From Octopus bimaculoides (taxonomy: Eukaryota), in the NCBI RefSeq assembly GCF_001194135.2, contig NC_068992.1, forward strand, positions 29,445,304 through 29,495,849: a stretch of DNA of 50,546 nt, read 5' to 3'. A model generated the notes under the pieces. That model made no database searches. It had not been told where the DNA came from and saw only the letters and a list, made by a program, of their open reading frames with translations. Shown in pieces: positions 12,630 through 24,334 of the stretch; positions within the stretch are counted from its first letter, which is position 1; the number at the start of each line of letters is the position of its first letter. Made by a program: the position numbers and the translations under genes.

Positions 12630-12840
12630 AATTCACTAAATAACAAATATAGTTTGGAAGATTATACCAAGCACATTGCGAATCTCTGTGTGGTAAGACT
12701 CCATCAATATTTACATGTATTTATAAAAGTTGAAAGAGATTTTGCCACAAGCTTACTGAACTATGTCTGGTCTTTAAGATACAACTACATGTGGAACTAT
12801 AAAAATTATTGGGAAATATAAGCATATACTCCACCTCCCA
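12630..12840 (+). pseudogene. Penelope-like GIY-YIG endonuclease C-terminal relic
   Basis: FATSLLNYVWSLRYNY resembles the STELSKYIWxLK block of Penelope endonucleases and lies downstream of the RT relic on the same strand. Confidence 0.5.
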
Positions 12841-13435
12841 TCATGATGTCAATTATTTTGATCTATCTATTTTACAGTAAATTGATAGGGTGTGCCATAA
12901 GAATTATCTATTAAATACCTATTCATGTTTTATGTTTTTTGTTGCTGTAGATCATAATATTTGTTTTAATATACAAAACTCTAGTTTCGTACCACACTGT
13001 TACATAATCCACAATCATAACAAATTTACTTTTGCTAATCAGCACCCCTCATTAATTATTTGTATTATCATAAATTGTAATGCTTTGCTGAAATATTTCA
13101 CAATAATTAGCCGTTGAACGTCAGACAACATTGTATATTACTGGTATGTACTCCAACCAAATCAATAGGTTTTCTATTGTTAGCGAGCATCAAATATTCA
13201 TAAATATTGAAAAATATTTTTTTTTCATTTCGAATATGAATATAAGAGCGGTTGACTCGAAACTTTATTGCTTGAAAATCGATAAAACGTTTAACACAGA
13301 ATAGCCATTTCTGAAGACTCAAATTCAAATACTTTTATTTTATTCTACTTTATTGTAATCAGTTCTCTTTTTCCTTCGGATTGTTTGCATTGTTATGTAT
13401 TTCTTCCCTATACACACACAAAATCCTCGCACGCG

Positions 13436-13480
13436 CACACATATATTTGCACATTGGAATGTGTGTATATACATATACAT

Positions 13481-13513
<33 letters not shown>

Positions 13514-13554
13514 TATGTATATATATATACATAAATATACATACACACACATAC

Positions 13555-13637
<83 letters not shown>

Positions 13638-13653
13638 CATAAATATACATACA

Positions 13654-13691
<38 letters not shown>

Positions 13692-13692
13692 T

Positions 13693-13729
<37 letters not shown>

Positions 13730-13730
13730 T
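13436..13730. repeat. Composite (TA)/(TACA)/(CA)/(CT) microsatellite with an internal ~108-bp duplication
   Basis: ATGTATATATATATACATAAATATACATACACACACATACACAC occurs at about 13515 and about 13623. Confidence 0.9.
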
Positions 13731-16700
13731 ATCTGCATTTTTTATATGTATTCATGTATAGATATTACACGCGTTTGTAAATGTATAGTATTTTCGTTAT
13801 TATTATCATTCTTCTTCTTTTTCTTCTTCTATTCCTCTTCCTCTTTCCTCTCTTCCATCTTCTTTTTGTTCTTCTATTAACATATGTCTTCCACTCGGTC
13901 TAACAATTTATTCATAACCCACGCTGCATTAGTGATACTCCAATTATTAATGCCGAGCCGTCAACCAATAACATTATGCAAATGAGTTACGCCATTTCCA
14001 GTCTTGAATGCATTTGAAAGTGTATTTTTATGAAACTGTCTTTCAGTAACTTAGAAGGAAGAGGTAAACGATCCATTAAAAGTCTTAAGGAAGGCGAATC
14101 TATTTGTTTTACCCCTGATTCGAACCTCCTAAATCGCTCGTGATTCCGAGATTTCATGTATGGAATCAGTTTTAATAAGGCATGAGCTCTGTAGGTGGGC
14201 AATGGGCCACGATTTCTTACTTAGTCCTAAGGAGGAATAATTTTGATTAGAAGTATATATACTTAACTTCCGATTCAGCGGATAAGTAAATATAAGGAGA
14301 TAATGTAGCCTGGAGTCTATTTTGGCACTTGTCGAATATAACAAACTTGCTTCCATGGAAATTTTCATGAGTCAGAGACGACATCTGAACGAGAATCTGA
14401 TGAGGAAGTCTATTCAGAATGTGTTCTAGGAGTCATTGAGACGAGAGCAACACTAACTAAGAGGAATATGTCAGACACCTGGGTAATAAATAGATTTCTT
14501 TTGAGACGATGCGCTTCTTGCAAATAACAAATATTGTTCGCGTTTCCATTGATAGCAACAGTATAATTGGAAGCTAACAATTGAAAAGTGTTTTGTAGAG
14601 GATGAAGCTAATGAAAAGATTGCATTTAAATGTAACTGAAAAGTTAGTATGAGAAATGGTAATTGAGTGATAGATAAATTTTAGCGCTTGGTGTCTGTAC
14701 CATTTTTTTTTGTGGAGAAGGAGAATTCGAAGGGAGTGTTATTGAATACATATGTATTCATATGTATATGAGTAAGTTTCTGTATGTGTATGCTGTATAG
14801 CATATAAATGCATGCAAAGGTGTGACACCCACAAATATCACTCACACACACACACACACACATATGACAACACATAACATACACCCACACACATATGTAC
14901 GCATGCACACGTGCACACGTGCAAACATTTATTACCCATAATTTATACAGTATATGCAGAACATTTTCTCGTTAAATTTAATTCTGGAAGACAAATTGTC
15001 GCTTATAGAATCTACAAGCGACATTGTATTGATACCTTTCTTGTTAGCAAAGATACAGAGTAGTATAGCTACATAGTAAGATCTCCGAATCAGTAGATGA
15101 CCTTCTGACAAACAAGGATTGGTCTTGAGTTTCTTATTGTTGTGAGACTAATATAAAACACCTGACAAGAAACATTTGCATGAAACTATAACATATCAAC
15201 ATTCATATCATGTACTTTCTCTCATATTTTCACACATTAATTAACCATCACATTTCCTTAAACTCACAATTATTCTCTCACACTTTAGCTTGCACACATA
15301 GACTAACTCACACTTTCAATTTTCTCTCTTTCTCATACGATCACACTTGAATATCCTTTATCTGTCACACACTGACACCACCGACCTGACGTTTTGTCTC
15401 TAATGTGCTGTCTCTGCATATATTATCATACTATTCTCTACGTCTCTTATTTCTAATTCCAACACTTCTTTGAAAATCAATGAAATCTTTTTCAGTAGAC
15501 TTAATGTCTATTTTCTTTATTTACAAGAGTTCTGTTTAATTGTGTGTTATAATGAACTAGTATTTGTAAGGCCTCCCTTGTTTGTTCAAATTATACAAAA
15601 ATATATACTGTAAATTTTCACCAGTATTAGCTTCACTAAGCCGTCGGCAATTGTCAGAATGCTATTAATTTTCTAACTGTGCGTTTTTAAATGTTTCCTT
15701 TTGTCATTAATTTATAACATTTTACTCAAAGATTAGAAATTTTATTATTGGAATGCTCTTAGCTCCTCCAATATATCACATTGGTTTTGCTATATTCCTA
15801 ATTATTCCACATTCAGAGGAAATACGTTCAAATGCGTTCCAGATGTGATTACTCCGTTGGTTTTGAGACGAAGTATGTCTGACATTTATGTTATCTAGTG
15901 ATCGAATGTGTAATCTCTTACTTAAGGTGACAGAGAATGACTGATGTCAAATAAGTTGTTATTTAAAACCTTTCGACTGAATATATATGCGCTCTGTTAC
16001 TATCTGAAATATATTTATGTAGAATAGGGATGTCATTTGAAGATTTCAAGTAATTTTATATGTTACAGGGTGACTGCTTAAACCATGCTCTGACACGATC
16101 ACTAAATGTATTCACGTAAACATTTCTAATTTCTAATCTGCGAAAGCCGTATACATTTTGTATCAAGTGTCAAATTGTTCTTCGGTAAGTTTCTTTTATC
16201 ATGTGCTGTTGCAACGAGACAACGTGTTGGAAGAAATTGCAATGGCTTGTGTCAAGCAACTTTTTGGATTCAAACATTCACATGGGTAATGTCAGTAAAT
16301 ACAAATAAGACAAGCAAAAAGAGAAACCTATCTACTTAGGAATGACTCATATCATCATAAATATATGATTTATGTGTCACTGTTACATAACTACATCATT
16401 GAAATGTAATGATACTTGGATTTCTGTTCATCGGGATACTGTAGCTGGGCTGATAACATCGTCTATCCTTACATACTAAGAAACTATAAAAACGATTGTC
16501 TTGAGATTTCAAACAGTGGAAACACAAGTATTAGTTGATTACGCTAATTTTTTCTATCGATCCTGGAAGGCACAGAAACAACGGCGTGTGATGAGAATAG
16601 ATTTTAGGAAAAGTTTACAAATAAATACCACTAGTCATTTTTACCCGGCCCTAACAAGTTCAACCATCCCATAGCCAGTATTGCCAGAGCATGTTACAAT

Positions 16701-17119
16701 CTTTTGATTTAATGATTTTATGACTTTGATTTTAAGTCTATTGCCACATCACAGAAAACAATGTGTTAAATTTAAATGCTCCCGCTGTACTTCATATGCT
16801 TACTTTATCATATTATAATCTTGGATATTCTCGCTAAAGAGAACAAAACATCAGAATGATGTTAATAGCTGAAGGTAAATGATAGTTAAGAGGGGTAAAT
16901 GAGAGCATATATATGAGTTAATTCCATAAGCCAAGGTAGCAAAGATAGCGTATTTCAAAGGCAGGTTAGAAAATACATTGAAATATGCTGGAGAAATATA
17001 ATTAGGTGTTCACATGTTGATTTGTTAAATATCATAGAAGTCCCATGTGATATACTTTTTAAGGCAGTGAGAGACAGAATAGATTAAGCGTCGAACAAAA
17101 TGCGTTGTTGCATTTCTTC

Positions 17120-17290
17120 AAGCCTTGATGTCGACTTTGCTTTTCATATCTCCAAGGTAGATAAAACAAACTACTAGTTAAGTACTAGGACAAATGATAA
17201 TGTATAATCCCACTCCATACAAAAAGGCTGGACTTGCGCTTAAATTAGAAACATTTGTTGTATGATTACAAAAATAACTGTATTCAGAGA
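17120..17290 (+). mobile_element. Decayed tRNA-SINE central/3' part (family of 24028 and 39361)
   Basis: GATGTCGACTTTGCTTTTCATATC...GATAAAACAAACTACTAGTTAAGTACTAGG matches the reverse complement of 39440-39510. Confidence 0.55.
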
Positions 17291-18279
17291 CAATGAGAGA
17301 GCATCATCATCCCCACCAGACCTGTTAGAAATATGCGTTAAATATACTAGAAATCACATTATGACATACTGCAATTGTTTAAGAAAAACGATACACATTA
17401 GATATTGCCGTCTCTATCTCCGATCATATTTCCGATCTATCAGGGTTAACCTATATCTAACCAATCGCAATCTCAGCGACGATGATGAGTAAACAACCTT
17501 TGTTGTTCACTCAGTAACTTATAATTTTCTCCCACGTCTTACTATATCAACCATTCTTCATAACCCTGCTAATACAAAGTCAAATAAGAACAATTTCAGG
17601 TTTTATCATACATAATGTATCGGATGTTGTTTGCATTGAAAGGTAAGTTTTCATGTTCATAGTAACTAAGTGCAGTGTGTAATTTAATTACTATTTTTAA
17701 TGCTCACTTTGAGTCTAGTATACTTTTGCGTTTCTCATACATCTGAACTTTATTATAGCAAGTATCTCTTATGTTAAGCAACTCTGAATACCTTTGTTAT
17801 TCATTATTCCATTATCATTCTCGGTGTTGGCTATATTCAAACTAACTCACTTACAGACAATCTAATTAATATTAACGCTTTTGCTCGGGTCTAAATGCCT
17901 GTTTCAGTTTTCATTTTGTATGATGTAGTACACATTGGAAAAATTTCTCAAAACCTTTGTTAAAACCAAAGCATTTAGAACTCATAAAACCTAATGTTCC
18001 CCTCAATTAAGTTAAGATTTATTCCTTTATGATTTACAAAATATTAGATATTAATTAGCATGATAAAATTGACAGATCCAGAGGTCACAATTTATAGAAG
18101 TGTATAGGTGTGGGTTTATAGCTAAAGCCAAATTTGCGATGAAATCTATCATAGAAATTGATTCAAAATGCTTTGTTAACTTTCTGTTTAAGTTTATTAA
18201 TTTACCTCACTATCAACAAGCTAACGAGATGATTTTCAGTAGCTCGTCTCTTTGTATGAGCAGCAGATCGTAGTTGAGC

Positions 18280-18790
18280 GCAGTTTGCAGTTAAATCTAT
18301 AACATCTAGTATGATGCAAGGCGTACATTTCCCTTTACCAGATGGGTGATATTGACCGTGAACCGCCCAACTTAAAGGTTAGTGAGGGGTATAAGCCTCA
18401 GTGACCTGGGAACGATTTTCAACGTCAATAATGAAATTTCGAATAGTCTGTTTTGGAAGTCATTTAGGCTCGGGGTTAGGCCAACTTCTGAGAAATATTG
18501 AAATAACAGTGCAACAGATGAAGTTACAAGTTCCGACATAAACTATACAGGTCATTAACAGAGTTTATCCTGTTTAACCGCTCAAATCCAAGAACCTGTT
18601 CTACATGCTCTCGTTCAGATTCCGAAGAGAATTGATTTGTGCCGTTCATGTTATCGTTTGTTATCGAACGTCGGCCGAGTCCATCATAAAGAACGCCTTA
18701 CCACTTTCGTTTGTAATGTAAGGTAGTTAAGCTTATCTTTTTGTCTAGTGGCTGTCTCATAAAAGACAATGTGCTAGAGGAGGTAGCACT
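18280..18790 (+). pseudogene. L1/Tx1-clade ORF2 C-terminal relic, older copy
   Basis: FNVNNEISNSLFWKSFRLG, EPVLHALVQIPKRIDLC, LLSNVGRV, SAESIIK and CLVAVS are collinear with the translation of the 24690-25306 minus-strand copy. Confidence 0.65.
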
Positions 18791-19249
18791 GACTTATGAC
18801 AGGCACCTTTGGGAGCCCCAACTTTCTATCAGAGCAGTAGTAAGAGTGAGAGACAGAGAGAAGACAAATAAAAAAAAAAAACAAGAATATATTAATTCGA
18901 TTTGAATTAAGAGCTACAGTTCTTTATTGATAAAACTAAAATAATCGAGAAAGCTGAAGCATAGCTATGTGTTGACTAAGGTTTTAGGAGGATTAAAAAT
19001 AATTTTGTGGAATATTCAAAGGATAAACTGCTAATGAATAGCACTCAACAAAGCTATGTTCAATCATGCTACAACTTTGTAGAGATTATGTAATAATGCT
19101 TGCCCAACCTGACATCAGAGTTGTTCAAAGGTGCTTTCAGTTACTGGAGTTTCAGTTTGTAACAGAAAGCGAAAGTGGCATATTTTCGCCCAGTTTTGTC
19201 GGTCGGTTTTCTTCAATGACGGATGAGATATCCTCGCTTTTTTCATCTT

Positions 19250-19252
<3 letters not shown>

Positions 19253-19308
<56 letters not shown>
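19253..19308. repeat. (CA)n microsatellite
   Basis: Read directly. Confidence 0.97.
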
Positions 19309-19313
<5 letters not shown>

Positions 19314-19526
19314 AACTATTGGGTTTTATATAATTTTATAGTTATCCTTTGTTTTATTTATATAATATTTTAACATACCCGATTATTATCTTACATGTTA
19401 TCTTATATATGGTGGGTAGATATGTTTTATTTTGCAAAAGTGATTTCTAAAATATTCATTCATAAGATTTCCCTTTTCCAATATACACATCATAACTACT
19501 TGACTAATAAGGTTACATGAAACACA

Positions 19527-19815
19527 TGCATCAGGACCACATGTAGGCGACTTGGTGATCTCATATCATGATAAACAGCGCACGAACTTGCAGCTCAGTT
19601 AGGATTTTCTTTAGGTCGAGTAGATCATCCCGCTTAAGAGGTTCCTATGCATTACAAGTCATTGGATGTGCTATCATATAAATGATTTGTCTTGGTGGCT
19701 GTGAATATATCTATGTTTGATTACGAGAATAAGTAGTGAGTGAGGGTTTCATAGCAATGTATTAAGAGGAATTCTTTGGAATTTGAATAATTCACCTTTG
19801 GAAACATGGGCGTTT
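19527..19815. repeat. Rearranged fragments of the ATT-associated repeat (plus-strand piece 19527-19660; probable minus-strand piece about 19740-19815)
   Basis: 19555-19610 aligns with 19965-20025. The assignment of the minus-strand piece rests on recalled consensus only. Confidence 0.6.
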
Positions 19816-19841
19816 CGTTGTTATTGTTATTATTGAATGAT

Positions 19842-20364
19842 AAAGTAGCACATGTCATCAAAGTCACACTGGGGTACAAATATATGAAACACAATATACC
19901 CATCACGAATACCAGTCTGATAAGGGTACACCAGGCACGTGCATCGCAACCATATGCGCGCCACATGGTGATTTCATATCAAGATAAACAAAGCATAACA
20001 TTGCAGGTGGGGGCTCAGTTAAAATTCTCCCCAAGACCCCTGATGAAGGCTGCAGGGTATATCAGCCGAAACGTTGTGTTAACAACAAACAAGATGAGGA
20101 CAAATATCTGTCAAATGTAAATAATGTACATGGGTATGATGTTCCCACACTACTTCTGCTCATGATCAGAGATGCATATCAGCCACCAAGGGAAATGCTC
20201 AACTGGTTAAGGTCAAATAACTGACAAGAAAATCTGTGGTACTGAGCTGAATATTTGCTGTTGCTAATCTTTCATACCAAGACAAAACAATGTAAATGAT
20301 AACACTTGCATTCAATTAAGATCCGAAACCATGAGAGCCACCGTCTGGTTACTGAATCAGGGCA
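19842..20364 (+). mobile_element. Unclassified non-coding interspersed element flanked by ATT repeats, carrying a hammerhead-containing insert
   Basis: Its 5' and 3' parts align with the copy at 20435-20695. It has no coding capacity. Orientation is arbitrary. Confidence 0.75.
20035..20080 (+). ncRNA. Minimal type I hammerhead ribozyme of the Penelope/retrozyme type
   Basis: GACCC-CTGATGA(20040-46)-A-GGCTG[cagggtatat]CAGCC-GAA-ACGT-T-GTGTT. Stem II is a perfect 5 bp. Stem III is the palindrome ACGT. Stem I pairs 4 of 5 positions. Predicted cleavage is after 20075 (GUU). Confidence 0.8.

Positions 20365-20434
<70 letters not shown>
20365..20434. repeat. (ATT)n microsatellite
   Basis: Read directly. 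Confidence 0.97.
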
Positions 20435-20695
20435 GAGAGAGAGAGCAGTGCATGTCATCAAAGTGACACTAGTGTGAAATATACGAAGCCCAGTATACCC
20501 ATCGTTACTACCCGTCTGATAAGGGTACACCAGGCACATTTATCAAAACCGAATGTGCGCGATATCAAGATTAACAGCGCATGATCAGAGATGCACAGAT
20601 TGTCAGCCACCAAGGGACATACTCCACCTGTTAAGGTCAAACAACTGACAAGCAAATCTGTGGTATTGAGCAGAATATTTGCTGTAGCCCATATT
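20435..20695 (+). mobile_element. Second, internally deleted copy of the ATT-associated element, running into a gap
   Basis: Aligns with 19845-20000, then jumps at CATGA to 20161-20270. Confidence 0.8.
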
Positions 20696-21553
20696 NNNNN
20701 NNNNNNNNNNNNNNNNNNNNNNNNNNNNNNNNNNNNNNNNNNNNNNNNNNNNNNNNNNNNNNNNNNNNNNNNNNNNNNNNNNNNNNNNNNNNNNNNNNNN
20801 NNNNNNNNNNNNNNNNNNNNNNNNNNNNNNNNNNNNNNNNNNNNNNNNNNNNNNNNNNNNNNNNNNNNNNNNNNNNNNNNNNNNNNNNNNNNNNNNNNNN
20901 NNNNNNNNNNNNNNNNNNNNNNNNNNNNNNNNNNNNNNNNNNNNNNNNNNNNNNNNNNNNNNNNNNNNNNNNNNNNNNNNNNNNNNNNNNNNNNNNNNNN
21001 NNNNNNNNNNNNNNNNNNNNNNNNNNNNNNNNNNNNNNNNNNNNNNNNNNNNNNNNNNNNNNNNNNNNNNNNNNNNNNNNNNNNNNNNNNNNNNNNNNNN
21101 NNNNNNNNNNNNNNNNNNNNNNNNNNNNNNNNNNNNNNNNNNNNNNNNNNNNNNNNNNNNNNNNNNNNNNNNNNNNNNNNNNNNNNNNNNNNNNNNNNNN
21201 NNNNNNNNNNNNNNNNNNNNNNNNNNNNNNNNNNNNNNNNNNNNNNNNNNNNNNNNNNNNNNNNNNNNNNNNNNNNNNNNNNNNNNNNNNNNNNNNNNNN
21301 NNNNNNNNNNNNNNNNNNNNNNNNNNNNNNNNNNNNNNNNNNNNNNNNNNNNNNNNNNNNNNNNNNNNNNNNNNNNNNNNNNNNNNNNNNNNNNNNNNNN
21401 NNNNNNNNNNNNNNNNNNNNNNNNNNNNNNNNNNNNNNNNNNNNNNNNNNNNNNNNNNNNNNNNNNNNNNNNNNNNNNNNNNNNNNNNNNNNNNNNNNNN
21501 NNNNNNNNNNNNNNNNNNNNNNNNNNNNNNNNNNNNNNNNNNNNNNNNNNNNN
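20696..21553. other. Assembly gap (N-run)
   Basis: Read directly. Other gaps: 22859-23342, 28983-29770, 30387-31027, 37668-38348, 41126-41639 and 46620-47178. Confidence 1.
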
Positions 21554-21738
21554 TTTCTTGCCATCGTTTTATCATGGTCCGTTGCTGTTCTAGTTTTAGT
21601 TTGGATTTCATTTGTTTTATAGCTTTTGTTGTTTCTTCTTCTTCTTCTTCGTATTTGTTAGGTAGATTTATTTCTTGTTTGTATTTGTCAGCTTCCTTAA
21701 ATACTGAAAACAGTTTTTTGTTTTGCTCGTGTTTTGTG

Positions 21739-21740
<2 letters not shown>

Positions 21741-21813
<73 letters not shown>

Positions 21814-21815
21814 CA
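21741..21815. repeat. (TTA)n microsatellite
   Basis: Read directly. Confidence 0.97.
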
Positions 21816-21819
21816 TTAA

Positions 21820-21940
21820 CATGGCTAGGCAGAAGAATCGCTAGCATGGTGGGCAGAATACTTAGTGGTATTTCTGCGGCTTTACGTTCTGAGTTCAAAT
21901 GCCATAGATGTAGGTTTTGTCTCTCAATCTATCGATTAAA
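21820..21940 (+). mobile_element. Decayed tRNA-SINE head
   Basis: GGCAGAAGAATCGCTAGCATGGTGGGCAGAATACTTAGTGGTATTTCTG...ACGTTCTGAGTTCAAAT matches the reverse complement of 39735-39805. Confidence 0.65.
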
Positions 21941-22720
21941 GAAGAAGCAGTCACATACTGCGGTCAATGTAATCTCCTCCGAAACTGCTATCCTTGTACC
22001 AGAAGTTGAAGCCATTATTAGTATTTTGGATTTCAATGAGTATGAAGCTAATACATTGACACTCACTCCCCACTTTTGGATTATTACTTTTTCCAAGGAT
22101 TTTTTCAATCGTTAAAAGGGTTTGCGTCATGTAAAGTTCTTTTACAAAGCAAGATTAGTTTGCTCTTTTCATTTTTTTGATATTGTGAACCTTGAATTGG
22201 TTCGAATTCATTGCAAAGTCGTTGATTAATCGAGCAAACACATACGAAATCTAAAAGAAAGAAGCACTTTTCTGATAGCAGAGTAACAAATTTTAGAACT
22301 TGAAGATTTTTTATGGTCATGAACAAAAATATCTTTTATTCTGAGACCTTGCTCGGTGATAAACAATGAAAACAACCGCGATCGCATGAATAACAACCCT
22401 CACTCACAAGCGCAAATGTTTAGAGCAAATAATCCCCTCGTGAAATTAGTTTTGCCTGAGTTACTTCCAGTGGACATCTTGAACTTGAAAAATACACATT
22501 CTGAATGGGGCCGGTGGTAGAATTGTGTTCAAGGGGACTACATCTCTTTGCTAGAAGAATACAGTCAAAATCGGGTAAGAAAGAAGTAATTCCTTTTTCT
22601 TACAAAGAAGAAAAAGAAAAAATGTTTTCCTGTAATTTCAAGAAAAAATTAAGACAGTTGCTGATCACTTGATATCTTACCCAGAAAGACGAAGAAAATT
22701 CTATAACTCGTCCCCAAATT

Positions 22721-22734
22721 TAATAATAATAATG

Positions 22735-22830
<96 letters not shown>
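22721..22830. repeat. (TAA)n microsatellite, the upstream target of the R4/Dong element
   Basis: Read directly. Confidence 0.97.
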
Positions 22831-22831
<1 letters not shown>

Positions 22832-24006
22832 AGCTACAATATCCTTAACTGGACACTANNNNNNNNNNNNNNNNNNNNNNNNNNNNNNNNNNNNNNNNNN
22901 NNNNNNNNNNNNNNNNNNNNNNNNNNNNNNNNNNNNNNNNNNNNNNNNNNNNNNNNNNNNNNNNNNNNNNNNNNNNNNNNNNNNNNNNNNNNNNNNNNNN
23001 NNNNNNNNNNNNNNNNNNNNNNNNNNNNNNNNNNNNNNNNNNNNNNNNNNNNNNNNNNNNNNNNNNNNNNNNNNNNNNNNNNNNNNNNNNNNNNNNNNNN
23101 NNNNNNNNNNNNNNNNNNNNNNNNNNNNNNNNNNNNNNNNNNNNNNNNNNNNNNNNNNNNNNNNNNNNNNNNNNNNNNNNNNNNNNNNNNNNNNNNNNNN
23201 NNNNNNNNNNNNNNNNNNNNNNNNNNNNNNNNNNNNNNNNNNNNNNNNNNNNNNNNNNNNNNNNNNNNNNNNNNNNNNNNNNNNNNNNNNNNNNNNNNNN
23301 NNNNNNNNNNNNNNNNNNNNNNNNNNNNNNNNNNNNNNNNNNATGTGGAGATGGACAAGAAACAATAAATCATATTATCTCTGGCTGCCCAGTTCTGGCT
23401 AAGAAGGAATATATTCACAGACACGACAGAGCTGGGACCTATATACACTGGAAGCTATGCCAACACTATGGAATAACAACAGAAAAAAGATGGCATAAAC
23501 ACACGCCATAAAAAGTCACAGAAAACGAGAAAGCAACCATACTCTGGGATATGCCAATACACACAGATATGAGAAATTAAGGCAAATAGACCAGATATAG
23601 TTGTCAAAGATCATGAAGAAAAAAAAATGCTTTCTAATTGATGTATCAATACCAGCAGATGACAACGTTTCCCTAAAAGAAATGGAAAAATTTTCAAAAT
23701 ATAAAAACCTGGAAATAGAGGTAACTCATATGTGGAATCTAAAAACAGAAACAATTCCTATCATAGTAGGTGCCTTAGGTATAATAAAAAAATATTCAGA
23801 CAAATACGTAACAAAAACACCAGGACTTACAAATATATATAACATACAGAAAATTGCACAACTGGGCACTGCACACATCATACGCAAAACACTTTCAATA
23901 CAGTAACCATAAGAGCATCACAGCAAACTACAGCGCATATCCAAGGCACACAGAGCTGCGCTCGGTAGTGAAGTGAAAGCACGTTATAAAAATAAAACTA
24001 CTGAAC
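22831..24006 (+). mobile_element. 5'-truncated R4/Dong-clade non-LTR retrotransposon inserted in (TAA)n
   Basis: RLE-type ORF end plus a ~100-bp 3' UTR, with (TAA)n on both flanks. The 5' boundary is uncertain because of the gap. Confidence 0.85.
23344..23906 (+). pseudogene. R4/Dong ORF C-terminus: CCHC zinc knuckle and restriction-like endonuclease
   Basis: CGDGQETINHIISGCPVLAKKEYIHRHD...WDMPIHTD / EIKANRPDIVVKD..CFLIDVSIP...EKFSKYKNL...PIIVGALG...LGTAHIIRKTL. There is one in-frame stop (about 23508) and one frameshift (about 23570). Confidence 0.92.
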
Positions 24007-24027
24007 AATAATAATAATAATAATAAT

Positions 24028-24240
24028 CCTTTCTACTAAAGGCGCAAGGCCTGAAGATTTGTGTGGAGGGGACTAGTCGATTACATCGACCCCAGTGTTT
24101 CACAGGTACTTAAATTATCGACATGAAAGGATGAAAGGCAAAGTAGACCTCGGCAGAATATGTACTTAGCACGTGAGAGATAGACAGAATAGTAGTAAAC
24201 ATTTTTCCCGGCGTGGTAACGATTCTCCCAGCTCACCGCC

Positions 24241-24242
<2 letters not shown>
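24028..24242 (-). mobile_element. tRNA-derived SINE (Nin-domain-like by recall), near full length
   Basis: Same body as 39576-39815 (GTCGATTACATCGACCCCAG...GAAAGGATGAAAGGCAAAG). The tRNA-like head is at the right end and the element is flanked by (AAT)n. Confidence 0.85.

Positions 24243-24334
<92 letters not shown>

Noticed and set aside
14350-14530. Acidic peptide ESETTSERESDEEVYSEC as a piggyBac N-terminus or exon
   Set aside because: No catalytic motifs, TIRs or clear splice sites were found.
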